Shown piece by piece: positions 10,643 to 20,189 of a DNA stretch of 48,765 bases. Under the pieces are notes generated by a model. The model was not told the origin of the DNA, did not search any database, and saw only the letters and a list, made by a program, of their open reading frames with translations. Where the stretch lies: the IMG/VR virus record IMGVR_UViG_2877982868_000002; one strand, given 5' to 3'. How positions within the stretch are numbered: the stretch's first letter is position 1; the number at the start of each line of letters is the position of its first letter. Source of the DNA: a virus. Its lineage: Duplodnaviria; Heunggongvirae; Uroviricota; Caudoviricetes. Position numbers and translations under genes: made by a program.

Positions 10643-10891
10643 ATGAGTAGAAGAGAAGTTTCAGATCACGATTGGCCGCCTGAAATCATCAAGGCGCGCT
10701 TACACATGGCTGGCTTATCACTGCGCTCTTTATCTTTAAAGGCTGGTTACAGCAGGGATTCGCTGAAAAGCGTATTACGTACTCCTTGCCGACCGTATCA
10801 GCAAATAATTGCTGATGCTCTTGGGGTATCGCCTGAAGAAATCTGGCCCAGTCGATACCAGGTTAAGAGCTATATGAGAAAGGCGTCATGA
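10643..10891 (+). CDS. ner: Ner-like DNA-binding protein (Ner/Nlp family)
   Basis: 82 aa; motifs SLRSLS..GYS..SL...L..PCRPYQQIIADALGVSPEEIWPSRYQ match Mu Ner; first gene of rightward early operon. Confidence 0.85.
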   Translation: MSRREVSDHDWPPEIIKARLHMAGLSLRSLSLKAGYSRDSLKSVLRTPCRPYQQIIADALGVSPEEIWPSRYQVKSYMRKAS

Positions 10892-10892
10892 T

Positions 10893-12983
10893 ATGTATGT
10901 CATTGCAAAAGAACTGATTGGCGCGCCCGGAATGCCTGCTACAACAAAAGGTATTCGCCAGGCATTACAACGTTACGTACAAGGGAAAAGCTGTTGTTCC
11001 CGTCGTCGCTCAGGCTCTAAAGCAACTGAATACAGCATCGACTGTTTACCTGAAGTGACGCAGCAGGCATTACGTGAACGCTACGCCCTGCAACTGATGA
11101 CGCAAAAAGTCGATGAATCACCGGCTCCGGTGGTGACAAAGGCCAGACGCTCGCCTGCCGTGGTTGATGCGGTGGAGGCATATCGCGGATCACCACAACT
11201 GATGGTCGAACGCCTTAATGCCCTGACTGAAAACCAGCGCCAGGTGGCTGATGCACGAATCGCGATCGTCAGCGAAGTTCTGAAAGTCGCGCAACAACCT
11301 GGTTTCAGCTGTGCGAAGGCTATCCGGTTTATCGTTGACAACCTGGCACGTTCGCAGCTGGACGAGCGCATTGTGGCAATGGTTGAGACGGCGAACGCCA
11401 AAAAGGGAAACAGCCGCGCGTTAAGTGAAATCACGCTGAAACGCTGGATTGCGGCCTTTAACAAGGCGCAGAACGCCGCTGAACGCCTGCTTTTACTGGC
11501 ACCGGGTAAGCGCCAGGAAATAAAAGCCGAAGATATTAACTGGCTGCCCGAATTTCTGGCGCAGTATCGCCAGTCAAACGGCCGACCAATGACCGAGGCT
11601 TACGAGGATTTTGTCGCTGAATGGCAGCACCGGCACGCTGATGAGCCTTATATGCTCGATATCATGCCGTCTTATGACACCATTCGCCGCGCAATGAAGA
11701 AACTGCCGGAAGTGGTGAAACAAAAAGGCCGGGTGACCGGCAGTGAATACCGCCAGCTTGAGGGATTCACGCGCCGCGACTGGTCAAAAATGCCGGTGAA
11801 TTATGTCTGGATTGGTGACGGTCACGGCATGAAGCTGAAATGCGCACACCCGGTTCACGGTCGGCCATTTGCACCGGAAGTGACCTTTGTTATCGACGGT
11901 GGCACGCGCTTTGTGGTGGGCTGGAGCCTTGACCTGGCTGAAAATGTTTTCGCCGTAGCCGGTGCCATACAGCACGGCATTCGCCATCACGGCAAACCGT
12001 TTCTGTATTACTCGGATAACGGCTCCGGGGAAACCGCCGACATCCTGGATAAGGAGGTTGTGGGGATACTGCCGCGACTGGGGATTAATCACCCGACCGG
12101 GATTGCCGGTAACCCGCAGGGACGGGGCATTATCGAACGGCTTAACCGCACATTACCGATGCGCATAGCCCGTAAATACCGCACCTATTTCGGGAAAGGT
12201 GCAGATCGCGAGACGTTACGCAAAACCAACCGCGATTTACGCTCGGCATTTACCGCCCTGCAACAGGGCAAACGGCTGAACGCCCGGCAACAGTCAGCGA
12301 TGCGTGATTTACCGTCCTGGGCTGAACTGATTGATGCCATTCGTGATGGTGTTGAGTGGTACAACAACCGGCCGCACGATGAATTACCGGTGAAGCCGAA
12401 CGGCAAGCATTACAGCCCGGCGGAGTTCAGAAAAAAACGCCTGGCGGAAGAGGACACGGAAATTGAATGGCTGTCCGATGTTGAGCTGCGGGATATGTTC
12501 CGGCCGATGGTGGAACGCCCTGTAAGACGCTGTGAAATACGCTGGCTGAATAATATTTACTACGCGCCCGAGCTGCGTGACGAGCATGGCCGTAAGGTGC
12601 TTATCAGCTATGACATTCATGATGCCGAACGAATTACCGTACGTCGCCTGGATGGCAGCGTGATTTGCGAGGCGGTATGGGACGGTAATAAACGCGAAGC
12701 CTTCCCGGTTAGCGCGGAATACTACAAACAGCAGCAACGCCTTAAAGGCATGCGTAAACGCGCAGAGGAAAAAATCCGTGATGCCGAGGATGAGGTTGTC
12801 AACGTGCTGGAGCACAAGCCGCAGGAGCCCTGGCTGGAAAACATATACCGCCCTGTGGGTAATACGGTGACCGTTCAGCAACCGGTCGCTGACGATGAAC
12901 CTGATGAAGAATACGAGCGTAATTTCCAGCGGGGATTGCAGTTGCTGGAAGCGAAATTAAAAGAAAATGACCCGCTGGCCTGA
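10893..12983 (+). CDS. A: DDE transposase (MuA-like)
   Basis: 696 aa; catalytic-core motifs VWIGDGHG, YSDNGSGE, GIIERLN; position after ner. Confidence 0.9.
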   Translation: MYVIAKELIGAPGMPATTKGIRQALQRYVQGKSCCSRRRSGSKATEYSIDCLPEVTQQALRERYALQLMTQKVDESPAPVVTKARRSPAVVDAVEAYRGSPQLMVERLNALTENQRQVADARIAIVSEVLKVAQQPGFSCAKAIRFIVDNLARSQLDERIVAMVETANAKKGNSRALSEITLKRWIAAFNKAQNAAERLLLLAPGKRQEIKAEDINWLPEFLAQYRQSNGRPMTEAYEDFVAEWQHRHADEPYMLDIMPSYDTIRRAMKKLPEVVKQKGRVTGSEYRQLEGFTRRDWSKMPVNYVWIGDGHGMKLKCAHPVHGRPFAPEVTFVIDGGTRFVVGWSLDLAENVFAVAGAIQHGIRHHGKPFLYYSDNGSGETADILDKEVVGILPRLGINHPTGIAGNPQGRGIIERLNRTLPMRIARKYRTYFGKGADRETLRKTNRDLRSAFTALQQGKRLNARQQSAMRDLPSWAELIDAIRDGVEWYNNRPHDELPVKPNGKHYSPAEFRKKRLAEEDTEIEWLSDVELRDMFRPMVERPVRRCEIRWLNNIYYAPELRDEHGRKVLISYDIHDAERITVRRLDGSVICEAVWDGNKREAFPVSAEYYKQQQRLKGMRKRAEEKIRDAEDEVVNVLEHKPQEPWLENIYRPVGNTVTVQQPVADDEPDEEYERNFQRGLQLLEAKLKENDPLA

Positions 12984-13054
12984 AATAAAAAAATAACCCG
13001 AGCGGCGACTCAGGTTATTTGATTAAACAAGGTATCAAATGAGAGGTTAATAAT

Positions 13055-13987
13055 ATGACTGATATTAACGATGTAATCAAGACCATTGATGAACTTATTG
13101 ATGGCGGCGTACTGACACAGTATGCCATCGCCAGAGAGGCGGGAATTTCCGACGGCACATTATCGGCTTTCCGTAAGGGAAAATATAAAGGCGATAACGC
13201 TGCTGTGGCTGCTTCCCTGCGTTCCTGGTATGAGAACTGGAATAAACAAAGCGCACTGCCGGAACCGCCGCAGTTTGTGGAAACGCAGACAGTCCAGGAG
13301 CTGCGCACACTGTTTCAGGCGGTTCGTCTGATGGGCTGTATTAACGTTATTGTGGGCGTACCGGGTGTGGGTAAAACGGCCACTGCCCGTAATTACTGCC
13401 AGGAGCAACCAAACACCTGGATGATCACCCTGTCACCCGCGCACTCCAGCGTCACGGAGTGTCTGCTGGAGCTGGCCGATGCGCTGGGGATTGATTACAC
13501 CCGCGCGAACAAAGGGGCATTATCCCGCGCCATCCGCCGTCGCCTGATGGGAACGCGTGGACTGGTGATTGTGGATGAGGCGGATCATCTTGGTATTGAC
13601 GGTCTGGAGCAACTCCGGGCAATTCAGGACGCCACGGGGATCGGGATGGTGCTTATTGGTAACCCGCGCGGATTGTTTAAAGGTGGACGCCGCGCCTTTG
13701 ATGATTTATCGCGCCTGTTCAGCCGTCTTGCCCGTACAAAACAACTTCGCAAGGCCAAAAAGGCGGATGTGCTGGCCATTGCCAGGGCGTGGGGGATCAG
13801 TGGTGAGGCCGAGCTGGCCGTCATGCAGGCTATCGCTGAAAAGCCGGGAGCGTTACGCGTTCTGACACATACGCTTAACCAGGCGTGGCTCACCGCCAGC
13901 GGTGAAGGTGCGGCGCTGACAGAAAAACATATTAATGCGGCCTTTAAAGAGGTTTATACCAACCCTGAATTACTCTCACAGGTGTGA
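13055..13987 (+). CDS. B: Transposition target-DNA activator ATPase (MuB-like, AAA+)
   Basis: 310 aa; Walker A GVPGVGKT, Walker B-like LVIVDEAD; directly after transposase. Confidence 0.85.
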   Translation: MTDINDVIKTIDELIDGGVLTQYAIAREAGISDGTLSAFRKGKYKGDNAAVAASLRSWYENWNKQSALPEPPQFVETQTVQELRTLFQAVRLMGCINVIVGVPGVGKTATARNYCQEQPNTWMITLSPAHSSVTECLLELADALGIDYTRANKGALSRAIRRRLMGTRGLVIVDEADHLGIDGLEQLRAIQDATGIGMVLIGNPRGLFKGGRRAFDDLSRLFSRLARTKQLRKAKKADVLAIARAWGISGEAELAVMQAIAEKPGALRVLTHTLNQAWLTASGEGAALTEKHINAAFKEVYTNPELLSQV

Positions 13988-14211
13988 TTATGGCGGTATT
14001 TTATATTCCTGATATTTACGGACGCTTTTACCTGGTTAATTTCGATAACGTGAAGGTGATTTCACTGGCCGAAAATAAAGAATGTGGCGATTTACTTTTT
14101 GAATTTAATGACCGCACACGAATGGTGATATCTGCCGGACTTGATCGCGAAGGTGCGACAGAAGTTTACAGCGGAATATGCCGTTCTGTTGGTGCGAAAC
14201 AAGTCAGCTAA
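13984..14211 (+). CDS. Hypothetical early protein
   Basis: 75-aa ORF overlapping B stop; position of Mu kil-region genes. Confidence 0.4.
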   Translation: MIMAVFYIPDIYGRFYLVNFDNVKVISLAENKECGDLLFEFNDRTRMVISAGLDREGATEVYSGICRSVGAKQVS

Positions 14212-14478
14212 ATGAGGTGTTATATGAATATGCAATCCTGCGGTAACAAAATGAATTTATTCGACTCCCTGAACAGCGCGCGCCGTCTGACCGAACTTGC
14301 CGGTGCGGTACTGGAACGCAGTAAGCGCTATCCGCAACGTTTTGCACTGAAAACCACGCCGCCGGTAGGCAACGTGCAGGGAACCGGTGAAATTGAAATC
14401 ACCATACAGACCAACGGCCTGCGCCGCCGTGTGAAGGCCACCCGCATCAGCGGCTGCACGGTTTACTGGGAGGTGTGA
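14212..14478 (+). CDS. Hypothetical early protein
   Basis: 88-aa ORF; alternative ATG at 14224 with SD gaggtg. Confidence 0.4.
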   Translation: MRCYMNMQSCGNKMNLFDSLNSARRLTELAGAVLERSKRYPQRFALKTTPPVGNVQGTGEIEITIQTNGLRRRVKATRISGCTVYWEV

Positions 14479-14479
14479 G

Positions 14480-14761
14480 GTGAAAAAAAATCTCATTGCA
14501 TGGGCGTGGTCGAGTGGTCTTATTGAGTTTGGTTACGTCCTGCCGGAAGGTGCATTGCCGATAGTTGCCGGAAAGCCTGCCACGGTACGGCATGTGATTG
14601 AGGTTATGGCGCGTCATGGACGTGATGAACAGGAGCAGTTACTGGTTCCGGGGATACCGGAAGCGGTGACGGAGGAAGAAGCCTTTAATGCCATGATTCG
14701 GTTCTGCCGTGAGGTCAGACGCCGGGTCAGTTATCCAAACAGAACGAGGACCAGAGGATGA
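14480..14761 (+). CDS. Hypothetical early protein
   Basis: GTG start at 14480 preceded by ggaggtg; 93 aa; tightly packed in operon. Confidence 0.45.
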   Translation: MKKNLIAWAWSSGLIEFGYVLPEGALPIVAGKPATVRHVIEVMARHGRDEQEQLLVPGIPEAVTEEEAFNAMIRFCREVRRRVSYPNRTRTRG

Positions 14762-15030
14762 GTAAAGTCGTACGCATTATTTTCGAATACAAGGAGCACG
14801 TTATCCATAAAAACGCGGATGGAACAGTGCGCATGGGGATAAGTCTGGACATACGTTCAACCGGGATAAAGCAGAAAGGTGATGGACCTGCCATGATTTT
14901 TGGGGTGGTTATGCTCGCGGAAAGCAGAGACTTTGCTGAACTTGTGGCAATGAAAGCCAGTGCGCTCATGAAAGATATGAGCATGCGTTCCGGGGTTATT
15001 AAAGGTAATGAATTTAATCAGCAGGGGTAA
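14758..15030 (+). CDS. Hypothetical early protein (paralog 1)
   Basis: 90 aa; N-terminus MSKVVRIIFEYKEH shared with next gene. Confidence 0.45.
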   Translation: MSKVVRIIFEYKEHVIHKNADGTVRMGISLDIRSTGIKQKGDGPAMIFGVVMLAESRDFAELVAMKASALMKDMSMRSGVIKGNEFNQQG

Positions 15031-15034
15031 TTCC

Positions 15035-15328
15035 ATGAGCAAAGTACGCGTTATTTTTGAATTTAAGCATGTTTCGCATGACGAAAAACCGGCAGGCAAT
15101 GACTGTGTTGAAGTGCATGAAAAGATTGGTGTGGATGTAAAAACAGAACGTGATACGAATAACAGGCCGACGTCACTCTGTGACGTTTATGTAAGTATTC
15201 TCCAGTATCACAGTCCTGAAATTATTCAGTTTCTCTCAGCGGAATTTCAGGCATCTGTACAGGCTTTTGGGGCGGATGCCATCATTAAACGCCACCGCGT
15301 GCATAAAGCATCAGGCACACTGCAATAA
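15035..15328 (+). CDS. Hypothetical early protein (paralog 2)
   Basis: ATG at 15035 (MSKVRVIFEFKH...), 97 aa; N-terminal similarity to preceding ORF. Confidence 0.45.
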   Translation: MSKVRVIFEFKHVSHDEKPAGNDCVEVHEKIGVDVKTERDTNNRPTSLCDVYVSILQYHSPEIIQFLSAEFQASVQAFGADAIIKRHRVHKASGTLQ

Positions 15329-15339
15329 GGAAAAACAAA

Positions 15340-15870
15340 ATGGCAAAACGCGTTACAAAATTAAAGGCCGCAGCCGAGGCTGCACCGCAGACCCGCGAAG
15401 AGGTCAGCCGCGATATCCGCACCCTGGGCGATATTCAGCGAGAGGCGCTGCGGCTGGAAACGGCGATGAATGATGAAGTGGCAGAAATCACCGCCCGTTA
15501 TACGCCGCAAATTGAAAACCTTAAAAAAGAAATCAAAGTGCTTTTTAAGGGGATTCAGGACTGGTGCAAAACCAACCGAGATGAGCTGACGAACGGCGGC
15601 AAAACAAAAACTGCCAATCTGACCACCGGCACGGTGTCATGGCGGCTGGGAAATCCATCATGCAGCGTCAGCCGTGATGTGGAAGGCGTGATTGAAATGC
15701 TGCGCCTTATGGGGCTTGAGCGATTCATCCGCACGAAAGAGGAAGTGAACAAGGAAGCCGTCCTGGCGGAGCCGGATGCGGTGAAAGGCATTGCCGGTAT
15801 AAAGGTGAATAAAGGCGCTGAAAGTTTTTATGTCGAGCCTTTTGAACAGGACGCCGGACTGAATAAATAA
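15340..15870 (+). CDS. gam: Host-nuclease inhibitor Gam (Mu Gam-like, DNA-end binding)
   Basis: 176 aa; strong similarity pattern to Mu Gam (TREEVSRDIRTLGDIQRE..., WRLGNPSCSV); SD upstream. Confidence 0.85.
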   Translation: MAKRVTKLKAAAEAAPQTREEVSRDIRTLGDIQREALRLETAMNDEVAEITARYTPQIENLKKEIKVLFKGIQDWCKTNRDELTNGGKTKTANLTTGTVSWRLGNPSCSVSRDVEGVIEMLRLMGLERFIRTKEEVNKEAVLAEPDAVKGIAGIKVNKGAESFYVEPFEQDAGLNK

Positions 15871-15967
15871 CACCACATTAAATCTTTAAATATCACATCG
15901 TTTTAATTATGGCGCTCGCGTCAGGGGACTGCCTGCGCCTGAAAGCTGAAAATAAGGAATCGGAAAC

Positions 15968-16510
15968 ATGGCATATTTTTATTTCAAATTAGACATAGTG
16001 TACACAAATAAATATTTAACCGAATATCAGCGGGATGTTTTACCGCTACGCAACAGTATTCTTCGGGCATTACTGAAAAATACAGGCGCTGCCGGATTGC
16101 GCTTAAAGCCGTTCGCCATGGACGTAATCAGTGAGTTTTATTTTTCTGGTTCTCTGCCTGCGGGCTGGCGTAAGCGCGATGATGTGGCTTTTATCGGGGG
16201 CGGACCGTGCTTTATTGCCAGACCTGATGAGTCATGCCCTGAAGGTCCGGCGATTGCCGCAATGGTTGAAGCCGCTGAACGCGAGTTAAGAAAGCGTCCT
16301 GATTTCCTTGTCTGGCTCTGTGAAAAGCTGGGGGTAATGAGAATCCCCTCCATGTTTAACACGGACTCCTGGTGGACCCCGTCACTCTCCCGTGATGCCC
16401 TGTGCGTGGTGTTTAAAGTAGGAACTTATGGCAGGGAAATAAAAGGGGGTATTCCTGAAGAATGCCAGGAGATTAAACATTCTGAATATGTGGCGCTGAC
16501 GGAGGAATAA
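15968..16510 (+). CDS. Hypothetical protein (semi-essential region)
   Basis: 180-aa ORF with SD aaggaa; AT-rich region. Confidence 0.45.
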   Translation: MAYFYFKLDIVYTNKYLTEYQRDVLPLRNSILRALLKNTGAAGLRLKPFAMDVISEFYFSGSLPAGWRKRDDVAFIGGGPCFIARPDESCPEGPAIAAMVEAAERELRKRPDFLVWLCEKLGVMRIPSMFNTDSWWTPSLSRDALCVVFKVGTYGREIKGGIPEECQEIKHSEYVALTEE

Positions 16511-16513
16511 TTC

Positions 16514-17047
16514 ATGATTGATGCAAAAGTGCTTGAAGGGGTTAAAAACTGGCTGCGTATTTACGGACGTCTGACCTGCGGTATTCTGGCTGAAAAAATG
16601 AATATGCCGCCATCCTCCATGGTTTATTTTCTGCGTGATGCGGTTGATGCAGGCGTGCTGACGGAATGTAACGGTTTTTATGATATTCCGCGTCCCCGCC
16701 CGGTGCAGCCGGTTCGTCGCAAATGCAGCCAGGAGTCTGCGGCTGATGATGTTCAGTGGTGCAGCTTCAGAAAATCCCTGCCGTGGATTGAAGGGCATGA
16801 TATTCCGTCGATGGCGTGGGAATTTGCTCAGGGCGTGCTGACCTGTGAAACCGTTTATGTGGTGGCTGAAGTTGATGAGCAGGCCATGAAAGAAGGCGTG
16901 CCCCAGTTTGTGATGTCGTATATCGACATCCGCCTGGGCGTCATTATCTGCGGTTTAAGCGGCTGGAATATCACCTCGCGCGTTCTGCGTTACCTGATTG
17001 TTGACCGGACGGCCGCGCCTGCCGGGATATCAGCGGAGGTGGCGTAA
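16514..17047 (+). CDS. Hypothetical protein (semi-essential region)
   Basis: 177-aa ORF tightly coupled to upstream gene. Confidence 0.45.
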   Translation: MIDAKVLEGVKNWLRIYGRLTCGILAEKMNMPPSSMVYFLRDAVDAGVLTECNGFYDIPRPRPVQPVRRKCSQESAADDVQWCSFRKSLPWIEGHDIPSMAWEFAQGVLTCETVYVVAEVDEQAMKEGVPQFVMSYIDIRLGVIICGLSGWNITSRVLRYLIVDRTAAPAGISAEVA

Positions 17048-17562
17048 TGTTCTTTAAAACATCAAACCCTTCCGCGCTGGCTGCGTGGCAAAAATACCAG
17101 CAGGACTGCCAGACGGTAAAAGATGAGGCGAAACGCCTTGAGGCCGTGCTGAATGTTGCGTGCCGGTCGGTATTTGAATTCAGTATCAGTGGTTTTTGTT
17201 TTAAGGGACTGCGTTTTACGGAGGACAAATATCCTTTTCATCGTGATTTATGGCGAAAACCAACTGCGTCGAATGGCTGGAGCTGCACACCGCGCACATC
17301 ACGTATTCCCAAAGCCCTGCGCGTTGCCTCTGACGAACTTAACAGTCTGTGGCGTGAATATTCGCCCGTCACGTATGCCAGAACCGATGCACTGTTGTTC
17401 TGGCTGGGCATTGATTTCTCGGCAATCCTGTTTGGCCCTGTGGAGTGGTTCTGCGTTGACGATGTGATTTACCTTCAGTGCGGCGTAAAACCCGCAAAAC
17501 AGAAAATGACCGAAATTCTGTCTGATGAGTTTTATGCTGCTGAAAAGCGAGTCAGGGGGTGA
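17047..17562 (+). CDS. Hypothetical protein (semi-essential region)
   Basis: 171-aa ORF; start overlaps previous stop. Confidence 0.45.
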   Translation: MFFKTSNPSALAAWQKYQQDCQTVKDEAKRLEAVLNVACRSVFEFSISGFCFKGLRFTEDKYPFHRDLWRKPTASNGWSCTPRTSRIPKALRVASDELNSLWREYSPVTYARTDALLFWLGIDFSAILFGPVEWFCVDDVIYLQCGVKPAKQKMTEILSDEFYAAEKRVRG

Positions 17563-17565
17563 TGC

Positions 17566-18117
17566 ATGATGATATTACAACCCATGGGGAGAAAAGGCCG
17601 TGCACCCGCTCATGTTCGCGCATGGACACCTGAAGAAGATGCGCTGCTGATTGCGCTTTATCCATCCACCCCGGTTAAGGATATTGCTGTCAGGATAAAA
17701 AGAAGTTTCTGGGGTGTACATAACCGGATTGTTTTATTACGCGGTACTTACCCGGAGTTGCTCAAATGCAAACGCCTCAGATTTAAACCTGATGAAGATA
17801 AATTTATCCGAAAAAATGCCAGAACAATGACCGGTAAGCAAATAGGAGAATATCTGGGGCGAGACCGGGATTCTGTCCACAATCGGGCGCGATATATTGG
17901 CGTAAGCATGAAAAAATACGGAGAGTTGCTGCCCTTCACCCGCATACCTGACGATGATGTTCGTCTTATTCGTGAATTACGGGATGCTGAATCACCACGG
18001 CGTCTTACCTTTAGGGAAATCGGCGAGAAATTTGAATTATCCGAGGGCACGGTGAGTTTTATTTATCACCGTCGTCGGACTGCCGAAGATGTTGTATTAC
18101 GGGAATTAATGCCATGA
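17566..18117 (+). CDS. Hypothetical DNA-binding protein with three internal SANT/Myb-like HTH repeats
   Basis: 183 aa; three ~45-aa repeats with pattern .PEEDxxLI...K.IA..I.RS...VHNR (WTPEEDALL, FKPDEDKFI, IPDDDVRLI). Confidence 0.5.
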   Translation: MMILQPMGRKGRAPAHVRAWTPEEDALLIALYPSTPVKDIAVRIKRSFWGVHNRIVLLRGTYPELLKCKRLRFKPDEDKFIRKNARTMTGKQIGEYLGRDRDSVHNRARYIGVSMKKYGELLPFTRIPDDDVRLIRELRDAESPRRLTFREIGEKFELSEGTVSFIYHRRRTAEDVVLRELMP

Positions 18118-18425
18118 TAACGACATTATTTGTTGAATCAGATGAACCCCTTGTGTGTGCCGTCGGAATGCCGGTCTGTGGCGGAACGCTGACCGGTGTT
18201 TATTTCGGGGATTTGCGCGGTTATCCCTGGCATTCACTGAATGATGCTTTCCCGCCTGATATGGAGGCTGTCGTGCTGATTGTTCAGTATGGTGACCAAC
18301 AGGAACTGCGCATCGGCCATATGGGGTATGAAGGCTTTTTTATTGATGAAGAAACCGGAGCCTGCCTTGAAGATGAGGACGGACAGGTGACGCACTGGTG
18401 CCATATTTCAGCTTTACCGGAATGA
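18114..18425 (+). CDS. Hypothetical small acidic protein
   Basis: 103-aa ORF, D/E-rich; start overlaps previous stop. Confidence 0.45.
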   Translation: MITTLFVESDEPLVCAVGMPVCGGTLTGVYFGDLRGYPWHSLNDAFPPDMEAVVLIVQYGDQQELRIGHMGYEGFFIDEETGACLEDEDGQVTHWCHISALPE

Positions 18426-18439
18426 CGGGAGGTGAATGC

Positions 18440-18790
18440 GTGAGAAGTTATATTGATAATGAAAAACTGAAGACAATCAGCGACTGTCTTAGCTTGCTGG
18501 CAAAAATAAAAGAAACCATTGAAGAGATTAAATTTCAGCTTGAATACGAACCCTGTGGCGATGATACATGGCGTAACTCTGCCAGAAAAGCACTGGCTGT
18601 CTTTCAGAAACAACGCCGGACTGTTGAATACCGCCTTGCTGTATTGCGCCAGGAGGAAAAGGAAAGAAATATAAGACGTCATGAACTCGTTAATGATTTT
18701 CTTGTTCGTGAATTAAAGGAGCGTGTGCCGGAGTCGGTATTTTTTGAGTGTGAGGCTGTTGCCCGTAGCAAAGCACTGGAAACTGATTAA
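18440..18790 (+). CDS. Hypothetical protein
   Basis: GTG 18440 preceded by gggagg SD; track ORF begins 18398; predicted coiled-coil-like. Confidence 0.4.
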   Translation: MRSYIDNEKLKTISDCLSLLAKIKETIEEIKFQLEYEPCGDDTWRNSARKALAVFQKQRRTVEYRLAVLRQEEKERNIRRHELVNDFLVRELKERVPESVFFECEAVARSKALETD

Positions 18791-18802
18791 ACAGGCAGGT
18801 GA

Positions 18803-19138
18803 ATGATGAGTATTGAATTAAGATCGTCTTATGAATATCGTAAAATTCTCATCGCCGGAGGCATGAAACCGGAAGATGCAGAAAAAATTGTTTCTTTTAT
18901 GGATAAAGAATGTGACAAACGGGATATGCCAGAAATTATTATGGATGACATGATTCTGCATTCAGCCGTAGCGTTAAGCCCGTTATGGATTGTGCATTCT
19001 CTTGCTGAAATTGCCAAAGGCACCGATAAACAGGCAGCTGTTGCTGCCCTTCAGACGCTTAATGAAATGCGTATATCTCCACGCCCGACATTAATACATA
19101 TGATTCTCTCCAGTATGGAGGATAAAGCAAATGAATAG
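18803..19138 (+). CDS. Hypothetical small acidic protein
   Basis: 111-aa ORF with SD. Confidence 0.45.
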   Translation: MMSIELRSSYEYRKILIAGGMKPEDAEKIVSFMDKECDKRDMPEIIMDDMILHSAVALSPLWIVHSLAEIAKGTDKQAAVAALQTLNEMRISPRPTLIHMILSSMEDKANE

Positions 19139-19328
19139 TCTACCCGCTGGATGGGCGCGGCCACTAATGGCCAGGAAGCATCATTTTTTTAAAACAGGCG
19201 AAAATATCAGTATATGTGGACGGTGGTTATATCTGGCTCATAATCGCGAGCCGGATACATTTGAAAGCCCTGATGACTGTGCCGAATGCCGCAGAAGAGT
19301 GAATAAGGAGAAAGATAATGGACAATAG
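19131..19328 (+). CDS. Hypothetical small Cys-containing protein
   Basis: 65 aa; C..C spacing (CGRW...CAEC) suggests zinc ribbon. Confidence 0.35.
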   Translation: MNSLPAGWARPLMARKHHFFKTGENISICGRWLYLAHNREPDTFESPDDCAECRRRVNKEKDNGQ

Positions 19329-19614
19329 TTCTCTGTTGTTCTGGTGCTTATATATCACATCCTTTTTCGGCGCATTTGTTATTACCCGGTGGTTATGTCG
19401 AAAAATCATCTGCTTTTTTGATAAAAGACATCCGGTTGAACGGGCGGCTGATGCGCTCATTCAGCAGGCCATTGTGTTATATAGCGGTGAATTTTTCTGC
19501 CGAATAACAACCAGAGATGGCTGGCACATAATGATTATTCCACCAACACACCATGCCCGGTGGGATGAGGCAGAAAAGGCTTTCCATGTCCGTAAAAAGG
19601 TAAATACGGTATGA
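19318..19614 (+). CDS. Hypothetical membrane protein
   Basis: 98 aa; N-terminal hydrophobic helix LLFWCLYITSFFGAFVI. Confidence 0.4.
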   Translation: MDNSSLLFWCLYITSFFGAFVITRWLCRKIICFFDKRHPVERAADALIQQAIVLYSGEFFCRITTRDGWHIMIIPPTHHARWDEAEKAFHVRKKVNTV

Positions 19615-20120
19615 GAGGAAAACTGATATCCGCCATTCATGTGGCAAAGCGCGAGCTTGCCCTGGATGATGAGACTTATACATCCGCGCTGCTGGCAGCC
19701 ACCGGCAAAACCAGCTGCCGGGATATGTCACCGGATGAGTTATCCCGCGTGCTGGATGTTTTCAAAAAACGCGGTTTTAAAGTGCGCCAGAAGCCGGTTA
19801 ACCAGGCCTTAAAACCGGGTACGGTGACCGCCAAAATTCGTGCCATCTGGAGGGTGATGCACCGGCAGGGCTTTATCTCTGATGGTGCGGAAACCGCCCT
19901 TAACCGCTGGGTGAAATCGCAGACGGCCGCGCAGAACGGTGGCGAAGGTGTGGCAAACTGGCAGTGGCTGGAGCAACACCCCGCCCTGGCCTCAGATGTG
20001 CTGGAGCGTCTCAAGCGATGGCACCGCCGCAAAATGCTGGCCGCGATGGGAATGCCCGAACGCACGCTGATGGGGTATGACGCCGTTTGCAGGCAGTATG
20101 AAAAATCACTTCCCCGTTAA
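19611..20120 (+). CDS. gemA: GemA-like regulatory protein (Mu gp16 family)
   Basis: 169 aa; position just upstream of mor; N-terminus MRGKLISAIHVAKRELALDDETY typical of gp16/GemA family. Confidence 0.7.
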   Translation: MRGKLISAIHVAKRELALDDETYTSALLAATGKTSCRDMSPDELSRVLDVFKKRGFKVRQKPVNQALKPGTVTAKIRAIWRVMHRQGFISDGAETALNRWVKSQTAAQNGGEGVANWQWLEQHPALASDVLERLKRWHRRKMLAAMGMPERTLMGYDAVCRQYEKSLPR

Positions 20121-20189
20121 CCCCAAATCCCGCCACAGCGCGGGATTTTTATTTTAAACTTACCGGGAACGCGAGAACCGGAGGCTGAT

